A DNA stretch of 64,000 nt from positions 17,463 to 81,462 of the forward strand of contig CBFFRP010000173.1 in NCBI GenBank assembly GCA_965644295.1, in the 5' to 3' direction. The number at the start of each line of letters is the position of its first letter. The first letter of the stretch is position 1. The DNA comes from Paraphysomonas bandaiensis (Eukaryota > Protista > Chrysophyceae). A program made the position numbers and the translations under genes. Positions 25,927 through 39,029 of the stretch are shown piece after piece. The notes under the pieces were generated by a model. The model was not told the DNA's origin and ran no database searches. It saw only the letters and a program-made list of their open reading frames with translations.

Positions 25927-27487
25927 ATGTGTGTATATATGGCTGTATGTATCATGTAGGTGTGTATCTTTACTGGTACAGTCCGCAACAGGTCCACCGT
26001 ATCGGCAGTCAACATCTTATTTTTTCGGAGATATATTGAAGCAAATATTCTTTATATTACTGAAGTGTAACTACGTATGGAATACAGATAATTGTTGTCT
26101 CAATAATAGAGGCATCTTGGAACAAAAATATACAAAGGATGCCGATACGACTCTGTATGGTATACCGTATTCCGTACACGTCTACAGCTGTATCATGTAC
26201 TCGTATCTTGTCATATAAAAGATGGTGTACCTCTCTATGCACTTATCCAAAGATGAGGTACACCGTATACAGTATCCATCATATGGTACACGGTATGCGG
26301 TATACGGTACAGGTATACAGCACTGCTTATACATGCTGCGACACGAAGATCCTGGCCATGAGGATGCTCTGCAAGGACACGTACAGACATATCTGTATCA
26401 GTGCGTCGTCCTTGCTGGTAACATGCACATAATGTTTGCGAGTAAGAATAGGTCTGATGACTTGCTCTAACAGTATGCGGCTGTGGCGCTCTGCTTGCAG
26501 ATGGTATCTATATATCGACTAGTTCCTACTGCATCACAATATCAGCTGTGTACAGGGTATAAACAGCAGTTGCAGGTGTGAGGTCTTAACAGTGTGTATG
26601 GTAGATCATCGGTTGCACACAGGAGCCCACATATATCGTTGCTTCAAGAATGGCATCAAGAGTTACAGAATTGACACATTCATAATAAGTATGAGGGATT
26701 CTTCCATCAACTCGTCGATACACTTTCATAGATCGGTACGGCGAATACTAACAGTCCTCATGTCACTCTTCATCATTAAACCCGTGTACCTGGATAAAGG
26801 TTCATAGAATGCTAGTGCTCCTACTTCCCATGCTGTGAAGACTGAAAGCTAAGTAATTTATCAGGATATAGCCGCAAGGCATAATCGTAATCTTCACTTT
26901 CAATATGAACGCATAGCTAATTTTTTCATCGTACGCAAACGTATGCATCCTACTATGCTTAATATGATTCTGCTTTGGAAACTGGCAAATTTGGTCTGAT
27001 TGTTTCAATTAATTTGAATGATGTTAGTGACGACATTAAAAATTGCGATCAAAATGAAGCCACATATGGTGGATATGGGTTGCCCCATGCTGAGAGCGTG
27101 CCCTAGTGTAGTACTAGTGTGACAAAACTAAGCAATGCACTAATATTTATTATATTCCCGGCGTATTCTTTGTATGTGATGCCAAGCTAGCTCCAGCTGT
27201 TTCTAAAATGTATTTAGTAGGCTGTCTATACACATTTACGAAAAATCCCGCCCTTTCTAGGGTAAAGCAATGCGCTGCTAGGCCTTCGCCTATAAAATTA
27301 GGGAAGATTATAATAAATATAATAAACAATATATCACGTTATCTCTACTACCACTCATTTCTAGTACGATCTTATATCGTCACTATCCTCTCATATGGTC
27401 AATATATATTTAGTTCTCATTACTTCTCATAATATAGTTAACCACTACTGTATTCTCCAGTAACCGTCATAATTCCAATATCTTAAA

Positions 27488-27630
27488 ATTACAGCTTTTA
27501 ATTGCTTAAACAGCAAAACTCAACACTCCCTCTCAATTCAAAGCTGTACATTGAATTGTCAAACCACGAGACATAACTGATGGGTAGAATTACAGCCCGC
27601 TTTTAATTGCTCCAACGGCAAAACTCAACA
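27488..27630. repeat. Short degenerate direct repeat (~40 bp x2)
   Basis: AATTACAGC..TTTTAATTGCT..AAC.GCAAAACTCAACA at ~27488 and ~27588. Confidence 0.6.
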
Positions 27631-28167
27631 TATGGCACTGTGGCTACACTGTAGTAATGGGGCATGGATTTAATGAAAGTACTTGAAAGTTGTCAAGGCT
27701 TATGGTTTTTTTGGTAATGTGCTCTTAAAATGTATTTCTAAAATGAAGTATGTAACTAGCTATATCCCTGTAATTAGCTGTACACAGAATTCGACACCAT
27801 TAAATAAGCCGATCTAATGACTCATTTTCTTGTGTAAACATTGTTATCCACTGTAGGAGCTAACCAAACCAATTTTTCATCTACTTGATATGTAACGTCG
27901 CCATTACACAACCGTATCAGAGACTTTTCACTTCTAGTGCATAAGCATAACTCACTTCACTCTTTAAAAAGTTTGTGATGTGCACGCCGGTTACAGTTAT
28001 TAGCAATATAACATCATAAGATAAGAGCAACTAACTAGCAATTATATGACGCAGAGCAGACTATGACTGCTGCTGTTTCATCTTGAATCAATTCAAAAAA
28101 AATGAAACAATAAAGGCGTGAACATCAGCCAGCTCTGTAGCGCCGAGCTCTTACATGTAGTCCTCCT

Positions 28168-29822
28168 CTAATGGTGTCCACTCTTGCTCTCCTCTGCCCC
28201 GGCATCAGGCTTGCCGCCAGCAGAGCGGCGGGGGTAGTACTTCTCTCTGAGTTTGTGGTCAATCTTTCCAAGAAGATTCTGAGGAAAGGTTCTGAGGAGG
28301 TCCCAGGCAAGATCCAGACTCTCGAAAACGTCTCTGTTCTGGTATGGTCCCTGAGCAATGAATTTGCCCTGTACATCACGAGTGGGTAAAATGAGAACAG
28401 AAATATAGTCAATTAAGATTCATACCTCAAACTTCTCCACGAATTTGATGAAAAGGTGATCCTCCAGAGACAGAGCTTCCTCTCCAACGACAGCTTTCAT
28501 AGCCATAACATCTTTGCCTCTCGCGTAGGAAGCATACAGCTGGTTGGAGACAGCACCATGGTCATCACGGGTCATGCCCTTACCGATAGCAGACTTCATC
28601 AGACGAGACAAAGATGGAAGAACATTAATGGGAGGGAAAATTTCCTTAGTGTGGAGCTTTCTGTCCAGGTAGATCTGGCCCTCAGTGATGTACCCAGTGA
28701 GATCAGGAATAGGGTGGGTGATATCGTCATTAGGCATTGTAAGGATCGGCAGCTGTGTAATAGACCCGTTTCTCCCAACAATACGACCAGCTCTCTCATA
28801 TATGGTCGAGAGATCGGTATACATATAACCTGGGTAGCCTCTGCGTCCAGGAACCTCTTCTCGTGCAGCAGATACCTCACGCAAGGCGTCGGCGTAAGAA
28901 GACATGTCTGTCAGAATACAGAGCACATGCAGGTCACGCTCGTAGGCCAAGTATTCTGCAGTGGACAGAGCAAGACGAGGGGTGATGATGCGCTCGATAG
29001 TAGGGTCATCAGCAAGATTGAGAAATAGGGCTGTTCGCTGCATGGCGCCAGACTCCTCAAAGTCGTTACGGAAAAATCTACTCGTTTCCATGTTTACACC
29101 CATGGCACCAAATACAATAGCGAAGTTGTCTTCATGCCCATCCAAGGTGTCCTTAAGCCTAACCAAAGAGGCTTGGCGACAGATCTGCGCCGCGACTTCA
29201 TTGTGAGGAAGACCAGCAGCGGAAAAAAGTGGAATCTTCTGACCACGGGCAATAGAGTTCATGACATCGATAGCGGAGATACCAGTCTGAATCATGGCCT
29301 TGGGATAATCGCGGCTGGAAGGATTAATTGGCATACCCATGATATCCAAGTAATCTTCAGCAAGAACCGGAGGTGCACCATCAATCTGTTTTCCTGAGCC
29401 ATTAAAAGCTATAGAGAAATACAGATAAGAAGTAGTTGCAAAACGCCAAAACACTTACATCTACCAAGCATCTCCTCCGAAATAGGCATCTTCAAAACAT
29501 CTCCAGAAAATTTGCACCGGGTATGAGTGTTATCGATTCCTGAGGTTCCCTCGAATATCTGTACAACTGCTTTCTTTCCAGCAACCTCAAGAACCTGACC
29601 GGATCTGACCTCACCATTACCAAGAGTGACGTTAACGATCTCGGCGTATCTGGGCTTCTTGACATTCTCTAAAATGACGAGAGGACCATTGACACCAGCG
29701 ATGGTTCTATACTCCAACTTGGGGTCGACACTGTAGTCTCTGATAGCAGCTGCTGCGTTGATCTGAGCAGCAGTCATGCCGGAGCCACCTGTCATAAAAG
29801 CGGGATCGTTGAACGCAGACAT
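28168..29822 (-). CDS. ATP6V1B: V-type proton ATPase subunit B, 3 exons
   Basis: [66 protein letters not shown]. Introns at GR|SFNG and FE|GKF; stop TAG at 28168-28170. Confidence 0.97.
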
Positions 29823-30379
29823 CTGTATGCAGCGAGGTGAGGCAGTCAGAGGGAACATCAGTGTATTCAACTACCTTTTTTCTTTTCTATGGGTCGAGCA
29901 ATGGGATGGATATAACTTCTATATTCGTGTATGATATATGCTACACTTGAGATGTATGTGTATATATGTGGATGGATGTACAGTATATTACTATGGTACT
30001 GTACATGCATACAGCAGCAGTACAGTGCAATGAGAATCCATGTCATCAAAAACACCCCCAAGATATGACATATACATACATACATATACGTATACCTCTG
30101 CACTATTATAGAGCACCGCCACATATGAAGCTGATTTTTTTCTCATATGCCGATTGACGTATCTTCAATCATCACATTTCAGTTTTCGCCTGGTTTTGAT
30201 ATGGCTGATTTCGACATCAGAATTCCAACTATCCACACTCCCAAAATATCGTGGATGAAAATTCCTCCAAGAGAAGGAAAATGTGAAAACCCAGGATTTT
30301 CCTATAAATGTGAATATTCATGCCACGATATGCAGAGTATTGTAGAGGAGTGTCCATAGCTCTGAAAGATAGAGACGAT

Positions 30380-31390
30380 AGTCATGATCAGTACTTAGAA
30401 ATTTAGGAGAGGTGAGTCACATGCTGTCTCAAAGCTTCCCTAATGATCAGTAATCTGCAGAGCCTCTTCAAGGATGTTGTATTCTCATACGCGTATAGGA
30501 TTGCTATGACACTGATGAGCGTTACTGTAACGAAGTACTAGATTATTCCTGTGACATTAGTGTGGCATGTTACTCTCGATGTAGTTATATAGAGCATTAT
30601 TGGAGCTCTCTTGTGATTGAACACTTCTGTTCTCCAGGTAAAGGATTCAGTAATATGACTTTGCTGTTGAGAGGATATTGATTATTACTGTTGCTTTGAG
30701 AGCTACAAAGGCACAGATGGTGCTGAAGGATATGAACCTACTCTGGGGGTGGTCTGTACCACGTGGAGCAAAAACTAATATGATGTTGATTAGCAATGTC
30801 AAGAACTATTTTGTTGGGTTTATCATAGACCTGCTAATATGGATCGAAGGTTAACAAAGGTGAGGAAAATAAACTCAAGACTAACTTCGAAAGCTGAGTC
30901 AGTATTCATGCAGTTTTCAAAGATTCCATCGGACGATTCGAAATCAATAGAGAGTTATGCTGTCGATGTGCAATTTTTGCTATTAATCAAAGATACAAAC
31001 AGTTTATTCACTCAGTCATATCACAGACTTGAATTGAAAGTGCTATTAAGGAGCGTGACGAATGTCATATAAGCAGTTAGGACGGAAGATATTTACAACA
31101 GGCGCGAAACCGAATCGTTCTGCTATACTGGGAGCGTTATACAACCCTACACACATATATAGTTTTGCAACGTACTGTGGTGATGCATATGTCGTGACTA
31201 TATCGTTTCTTCAGTACGCTCGAAAAGGCCTACCGTGTTTCCAGTTTAGACTACAGTCAGTGTGAAGTAATACCAGGTTCTGCTTATCAAGGAGTCCCTG
31301 AAAAGCAAACTGACATGGATTTCCTTGCTTTATCAGTATTTAGTCACAGGTTTAGTGGCCATATAACTCTGATATTGCAACCATGGTAGC
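30380..31390 (+). pseudogene. Possible decayed multi-exon gene, divergent from V-ATPase B
   Basis: GTGAGT...CTGCAG-type splice signals and short coding-like blocks, but no continuous frame or recognisable domain. Confidence 0.25.
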
Positions 31391-32329
31391 TGTACTGTCA
31401 AGTATTAATGAAACTGCAACCGTGTTTTCTCTTCTTTTTTCTACCATCGCTGGAAAGGCAAGGCAACGCCTGAATATGCTTTTTAGAACAACCTACTGAA
31501 GGTGTTTGCCAGGTCAAACAGTTATGTGCACTTGGAACGTCGATTTTTATGATAATATACAACTTCCCGATTGTTAGCACAAAACATATACGGTGCCAAA
31601 GATAACATCTGATAAAACAGGTTAATAACACCGTCCTTTATTATAACGCTGTTGAGTTTTGCTTTTTTACTATCTGTTACGATGTAATCCTACAAAATAC
31701 ATGTGTACCCGAATGCCAGGCTTGGCTAACAATTAATTGAAGTGCCTATTAAATTATTGTTTAAATAATGATAATTGGAATTAAAGCTGGTAAATGTGGC
31801 TGGCTTAATAGCTAATAGCTGCTTAAGATGTATAGCAACTGATCATAGGTACAAACATACAAACCCATTATCTGTTCGCATAGAAGCTGGATGCAAAGTC
31901 ACTTTATCATTTTATAAGTCACAGTTATGTGACAGCATAAGTATAGAAAAGATCTAATTATAACATGAGAGAACTACTGTATTTAGATATCTACCACTTT
32001 AGACTAGTAGTAACACGGATTACTAAATACTCAGTTGTCTCGGGACTGCTTGTGCATTGCTGCAAGCACGTTGGTCAACTATCCCTTGTATTGGACTTTT
32101 AGTCCGGTGGTCTTCCTTTGGGTAATGTTTCTGGCGGTCCGGAGCCACATGTGAGCCGGGATGTGGAGGGGGAGGTGTTGATTCGTGAGTGTGAGTCGGT
32201 GACAGACGGTCTAGGATTTCCAGTCGTGTCGGGGATTCGTTCAGTGGTGAGGATCGTTTGCTTCCGGACCGGGTTTGCAGGCCTGCGTTGGGAGCATGTG
32301 ACAGCATATAAGGGTCAGTATACGCTTTA

Positions 32330-32960
32330 ACCTCAGCACACAAGAAAGAACACATGTCAAAGATCGTTGACAAATAACAAACTGGGCATACATAGCAGAA
32401 GCTGATTGCTATATTGCTTCAACGGCTTCGAAATATAGTGGCGTAAATGACGTTGTGTATCCGTTGGGGGTTGACGACTACCATCAGACAGACGAACAAT
32501 AATAAACTAGAATCATTGGATAGCAATGCTTATCATTATGTATTCAACAAGATGGCATCGGATGAACCAAATTCCACCTGGGTACAGACGCGGACATTGT
32601 TTGAAATGCAGATTCGAGAAAGAAGTACTCAACATTCAGCGTGGTGTGGAAGAAGAAAATGCACAGGTGCAACCGTTTTTGATAAACCTGCTACCTGCAC
32701 AGGAAGGTAACCTCGATGAAGTGAAAGAGGATGATGAGGAAAACGAAGCCACTCTTTTACAGAAGGGCAACCAAAAGCGCAAGAAAGCATGCATCAAACG
32801 ATGTCATCGCATGAAGCATTTGTATAGCACTATCAATGTTTGTGATAGATAGTTTAGCAGAGCTAAGATTGTTGAAAAAATGATGTTTCTGCGTGCTAAT
32901 CGGCATATTTGGGATGAGGTTATAACACACACAGCGGGAGGGGTGGATTCTTTGAATCAG
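32330..32960 (+). mobile_element. Degenerate hAT-like transposase fragment
   Basis: EDDEENEATLLQKGNQKRKK...HLYSTINVCDR*FSRAK...KMMFLRANRHIWDE resembles the hAT C-terminal dimerisation region; contains stops. Confidence 0.6.
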
Positions 32961-33348
32961 TAATATGGTAGAAAATGGTAGCAGAAAGTGATAGTATTTA
33001 CTGGCTGTGTAGTGGTAGTAGAAAGTAGTGGAAGAAGTTAGAAGTATAAACTGGACGTATCTCCTGACTGTACTACTCCTACTATTTATACCTATAGTAT
33101 TTATAATATAATAAGGTAAAGTATATTTTGAGGTATACGTTGAAGTTATATTTTAAGATTTCTATAAATAAAAATGATAATTTAAGTTTTAATATATCAA
33201 AATATAACGATAGATATAAGTACTGTACAATAATAAAGACTCATGATTGACGACGTATGTTAACACCAAATAAAAAAGACAGCGATGACCGACGTATGAT
33301 ACTTATTGTGAAAATTTATACCATTATTTGTTATAACATTATATGTTA

Positions 33349-33737
33349 GACTGTGTCTAAAACTTTTTAGGTAATAATGGTAATGGGTAAAAAGGTAAAA
33401 ATAAAGGAATTGCATGTCGTCATCACTGCTGTCACTGCTGCCACTGCTCCAACTTTCATCACTGCTGCCACGGCTCCAACTTTCATCACTGCTGTCACTA
33501 TCGTCTTCATATACACAACATCTCCGAATTTCTTATCACTACTACGTATATGTGTGCTATATATGTTATTTTACTTTTAAATTTAAATTAACTATCTTTG
33601 GGATACTATTATCGCCCATATATGGGATTTATCTTTTTCTGCCCATTACCTTTAAAGTTTTAGCACCTCTTTTAGGGTAATTAGTTAGGTAAAAAACGCA
33701 TAATTACCTTTTTACCCAAAACGTTTTAGACACAGCC
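33349..33737. mobile_element. PIF/Harbinger (Tourist-like) MITE, 389 bp
   Basis: 15-bp TIR G(A/G)CTGTGTCTAAAAC with one mismatch; TTA target duplication at 33346-33348 and 33738-33740; subterminal GGGTAAAAAGGTAA motifs; internal 27-bp repeats. Confidence 0.8.
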
Positions 33738-33740
33738 TTA

Positions 33741-34500
33741 GAATGCAAAGCAATTGTAAAATAAATATTATATTTTTTAATGAAATTGAAAGATGAAATA
33801 TATTTTGCATTAAGTACACGCATAGAGGCCTGATATTCAGAAAGAATTGAGTGCTTTAGATAAGAAAATAGAAGACATGAAAAATTTATCATCAGACCTT
33901 CAGACAAAAATGATAAACAAGTATCTTTATTGAATGAAAGGCAATTAATTGTGCTTAGCAATAAAGACGAAGAAAAAAGAAGCGAATTGTTAAAGGAATA
34001 TGATTATCAACAAGGAGAATATCATCATCATGATTCAATAGGATGGAAGTAATTTTTTAAAATAAATATTATATTATAATATACTTATATATGGATAGCC
34101 TAAAATGGGATATAAACTGTAATAATTATAGACTTAGAAAACCTCGTACTTTTGACAATACAGTAGAGGGCCGTTATTATATAGTGATATATAAAAGTGT
34201 TCTGCTTTTGTTACTTTGTCAAAATTAATATCTTTTACATCATTGAACTTATTTTTCTTCATACGATTATACGTAATTTTTACTGCAAGATGGTAACTAA
34301 TGGATTACAGATTTTAGACATTGAACTGAGCTATTTGAATAATGTAAGTGGTAATATTCAGACACAAATAAAAACGACTAACATAAACGATATATCTACT
34401 AATGCATACAATATAGAGACGTTGAGATATTCCACTGTGTGTGTTTATAGTTCACTAAGTACTCTAAAATCCAGCAATAAAATTGAAGGCTACTTGCAAT
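33741..34500 (+). other. AT-rich decayed virus-like coding relic (possible endogenous Polinton-like virus, virophage or giant-virus fragment)
   Basis: Markedly AT-rich, frameshifted K/E/D-rich frames without introns; peptide ELSYLNNVSGNIQTQI at 34323-34370 resembles the viral fibre repeat ELSYLDGVTSNIQTQL. Confidence 0.4.
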
Positions 34501-35034
34501 GCTTGGCTAATAATTGCAATTTGCAATTATTATTGTTTGATACTTGTCACCAATTTATTGTTAGGCGTTAGGCAAGCCTAGTAAAATTGTATGTTTATTA
34601 GCAATAGACGTTTGAGAGTCAGTACCAGCTTAGTAGCTAGATTAACAGACTAGTCAAAGCTAGATAAGCATTTACCGTAAGCTAACTAGTATTACTCTAA
34701 TATCCTACTATATAACGCAAGCTTGCCGATGCGTAATACGACAGAAGCTACTCTGTATGAACGTACGTCATTACGGCTCTTTATACAGGTAGTCACTAAA
34801 CATTATTGGCCCCTATCTGGTCATAATACTCTTCTGGCCCTAGCACGTAACCAAGACTACTAGCTAATTCCGTCGCACACTACTATGTATTTATTGTATC
34901 TGACGAATGACTATGAGACATTAAAATCAGCTCCCCATATTTGACACATATGGCTTGGTATTAACTTAAAACATCAATTTCAAATATCGCACTAATAGTG
35001 TGATATATATACGTACATATCAATCCACTAGTCG

Positions 35035-36074
35035 TTAGTTCTTGTGTCCTGACTGGAATGGCACATACTGCCCACTTGGGCTGATTATGCCTTGACAGGG
35101 CGGTGGAAGAGGATATGCCAAGCATATATAGTCCTTCGCAAGTAAACGACATATGGCCCTCAAGAAACCAGGTTTCTCATGCAGTACTTCCAAAATAGAC
35201 TTTTTCATGTTAAAAGGATCTAGTGAGGTGTAATGCTGCCTCCATTTTAATGTGTAAGGGATAGTAATATTAAGCTTCTGCTGCATGAGGTTCCAATCGT
35301 CACTGAAATTCTCCAGATACCTAAAACGATATTACATACAGGAACTTTCTATTAATAAGTATATATGTACCCGATAAAGCGTGGCATCCACTTGATCATA
35401 GAAAAGCTCATGCAGAATAGGTGCACATCTGCCGAAATATCATGCAATAACATTTTCTCTTTCCCACTGATCAGATTCTGAAGCACAACGGTGGCCATTG
35501 CTTTGCTAACTTTAGAATCATTATAAACGCGGTGTACATCAGCCATAGTGGCTTTCCATCGTTCAGGCGGCGTTCCAAACACATGGTACCAGTGGCTTTC
35601 CACCATGCCGGACAACCAGTGGCTAAAGGGATCTCGATAGAAAGTAAACACGTTACCGGTGTCGCCACTGTATTTCGAACGGTGATCCATATTATTCCGA
35701 TATATCTCATAAGATTTATTTACGATTTCATAAGAGCGTAATATGTTTTCTGAGTTCCCTTTGAACACGCGAGCATACGTAACTACTGTTCTATTGACGT
35801 GGAACGTATAGGCGCCCCAGTCATACTCAAACATCCTGTGAGCAAACCGAGACACTTCATCTTTATCTACTTTTTCGTTCCATCTGATTTCTTTCATAGC
35901 ATCTGAAAACAGGAGCATGTTGAGTTGTTTGGAGGTGAATGCGTCCATGCACTCAAATGATATATCCTCTCTGCTCCTTGGACGATTACCAACAGAGTAG
36001 TGGGAGTACGCATAGCACACTGACACCACTACTGACAGACATATCAAATGCCGCATACTTAATAATAACATCAT
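35035..36074 (-). CDS. Carbohydrate sulfotransferase-like protein (Sulfotransfer_2 family), 2 exons
   Basis: Hydrophobic N-terminus; 5'-PSB-like YARVFKGNSENI; 3'-PB FTFYRDPFSHWLSG; FIG|YLENFSDDW across intron 35370-35321; C-terminal DYICLAY. Start may be 36074 or 36056. Confidence 0.72.
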
Positions 36075-36171
36075 AAACAGAGTGTTCACACTTTCACGAT
36101 GATTCATACATACATTCACAGACAGTTACTTTCGTTGGCCAGAAAGAGTTGCTGTACGTAGATGTACACGC

Positions 36172-36481
36172 ATGTATGTATGTATGTATGTATGTATGTA
36201 TGTATGTATGTATGTATGTATGTATGTATGTATGTATGTATGTATGTATGTATGTATGTATGTATGTATGTATGTATGTATGTATGTATGTATGTATGTA
36301 TGTATGTATGTATGTATGTATGTATGCATGTATGTATGTATGTATGTATGTATGTATGTATGTATGTAGTATGTATGTATGTATGTATGTATGTATGTAT
36401 GTATGTATGTATGTATGTATGTATGTATGTATGTATGTATGTATGTATGTATGTATGTATGTATGTATGTATGTATGTATG

Positions 36482-36515
<34 letters not shown>

Positions 36516-36701
36516 GGTATGTAGGTATGTAGGTATGTCTGTATGTATGTATGTATGTATGTATGTATGTATGTATGTATGTATGTATGTATGTATGTAT
36601 GTATGTATGTATGTATGTATGTATGTATGTATGTATGTATGTATGTATGTATGTATGTATGTATGTATGTATGTATGTATGTATGTATGTATGTATGTAT
36701 G
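36172..36701. repeat. (TATG)n tetranucleotide microsatellite, ~530 bp
   Basis: Nearly perfect TATG array with a few variant units (CATG, TAGG, TCTG). Confidence 0.99.
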
Positions 36702-36745
36702 GCTCCTTCTATGTTTTTATGTATAGCTTGTCTCAGCATAGTGTG

Positions 36746-38310
36746 ATGGGCATTCAGTGGTCCAAGTTGGTGCTTTTATTGGTGATATGGTCGCCGGAGT
36801 TATCTAGTCTCCCACCTTCCTCTGTTTGTATGGGTGTTGATCGTGTGGAGGGCTGGAGGGGTAGAGGAGGGCACTCCGCGGACTGTTTTACTGGAAGTTT
36901 CATTAGCTATGAGTCTTGCCGTCAACTCTTCGTTGAAAGGAATACTTGCGATGTGCTGGTATTCAGAGAGAAGATGTGTTCGCTGCATGACAGCTCGATG
37001 CCTGGTTTTGAGCGACTGGAGGATGCCTCTGATGTGGTGGTGCTCACTAAAGTCAGGCGAGAGAATATGACGGCGTGTTCTGGTGAGAGCGCTCTATCCG
37101 CTGTGGACAAATTCAAGAAATGTGTACGAGCTTCGAGGCCAATTCGTTTAGAACACTCAATATCTCGCTTAGCTATTGTTATATCTGTGACATCTTCATG
37201 GGCAGTCTCCCATACTGCTGGTGTTAATTCCATCAGGTCCAACTTCGAGTGCTACTCACAAATTCATAATTACACTTTTGTAAGTTATTTGTTTTTCTAC
37301 TTGTTTATACGTAACTTTCTACTCTCCAGCACTTGAATGTAATGCCTGACATGCCAACTTCTCAGTTTTTTTATGAGCGCCATCGCTACGTATTAGAACG
37401 CTACCTACCGTTCCATAACTACGTGCTTCACCTTGATGCTGATAGCCTTGTACTAAATTTATCTCGTTCCCTTGATCGCTTCCTTTCTCCTACCTCATCG
37501 AAACATATTCACCTTCACATGCACGAGAACGGTGAAGCGACTGCTGCAGCTTACCTTGTGAAAAACTCTCCAACCTCTCGGTGTTTCTTGCAGCTGTGGG
37601 CGGACTTTTCACCTCCCCACAATGAAAAAGGATATAGAAGTACGTATGAAGTGAGCAATTATGACAATGGAGATCTTGTGGCAGCTCTAACTAATCTACT
37701 TGGGCCGCGGCGATATCTTGAGTGTATAAGGCGCATAGCACGCCTTGACCCGGCGGTGGTGGAAAATATGAGGAACCCGTATCACGAGACCGTAGTAGAA
37801 TGTTGGAAAGATTTACAGCCAACTCTTCATCGAAGACTTCGTCGTATCGCCCCCCGTATTATGATATACCTTCCACGAGAGGGTTTTTGGAGGACGCACG
37901 CGCGCACTGGACGATTTGGCCAGTGGTGGAATGATCTCTTCGGCAGTTGTTATGCCTCATCTGATGTGATTGGACACGGGTGGAAAGCAATGCCGCGCAA
38001 CATGTGGGGGGAAGAAGGAAAATGTGATATTGTACGAGTTAGAGATGGACATGGAGAGAACCCTGTCTGTCACTGGCTCTCACCGGAAGAGGAATTACGA
38101 CTTGCAAGGGAGTATTGCATGTGGCGGTCTCCATCGTGCAGACATTGCATTGCTGGATTGAGGAGTTGCGAAAATATTTGTCTCTCAAGTGGGTCTTCTT
38201 GCAGACTACTGAATGGGTCTGACTTATCCCGAAATAGACAGACCTTTGGTGTGGACAACAAGAATTGGTGGAGACAGCAAATGTGCTCCGCTTGCCCGCT
38301 ACATATTTAG
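36746..38310 (+). CDS. GT34-like (GMA12/MNN10-type) glycosyltransferase with N-terminal PAN/apple-like Cys module, 2 exons
   Basis: Signal peptide MGIQWSKLVLLLVIW; SYESCRQL...CDVLVF...CSLH; CYSQIHNYTF; YVLHLDADSLVLN (DxD); AAAYLVKNS...FLQLW; DNGDL. Intron 37280-37329. Confidence 0.72.
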
Positions 38311-38841
38311 CTGCTAGATTGACCAAGGCAAAGATATTGTGACAGTTTTTATGTTGCTGTGCCGTGAATTGTGCGCACACACTATACTTTTATATTTTCC
38401 AGTTTGGTTTTTTGGATTTGTGGATTATTCGTAGAGTGCTAAGTAGTGTTCTCTATAAATAGATGCGTACAATGCATGTTAAAAATAAAACGACATGGAA
38501 TAATAGAACGAAGTTTTTATGATATATGCTAATATAGGAGATGAAAACTGCCTAGAGACTATTGGAATTGCTGAAGTCAACCTCGTACTGAGGAATTTAT
38601 ACTTAGTAACACGAAGTGCTTAATAATCATATGTACACTTCCAAAAATGTGTATGTCAATTCTGTAGCATTAGTATAAGAAAGTATCTCATAAAGCTGTA
38701 CGTCAATAATCTATGCACAATGCATAACCGACCACGCAGTTCTATATCCTGTAGTGTGTATAAGTCTCATGGCTAAACATACTAAAGAACTCAAGGAGAG
38801 AAACTATGAAAAAGTGTTCACACATACACAAATGCTAAACC

Positions 38842-39029
38842 CCTCAACAAAGTCGGACTCGCACTTATTTGTGTCCCTTGTACGACACAAGCGTTAGGCT
38901 ATGAGTGAGCAGAACAATATATCTCCGCTGACTTTATATATATGCAGCTCACGTTAGTTTCCCTGAGAAATATCTCCGGTACTTATCCCCAGAACACCAC
39001 GAAAAGGTGCGAGTCCGACTTTGTTGAGG
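38842..39029. mobile_element. MITE, 188 bp, perfect 23-bp TIRs
   Basis: CCTCAACAAAGTCGGACTCGCAC ... GTGCGAGTCCGACTTTGTTGAGG; second copy of the interior plus right end at 12600-12763. No clear TSD. Confidence 0.8.

Noticed and set aside
32023-32373. 116-aa Pro-rich ORF
   Set aside because: Lies in a decayed TE region with no domain evidence.
36116-36746. ORFs reading YIHT/MYVC repeats
   Set aside because: They are translations of the TATG microsatellite, not proteins.
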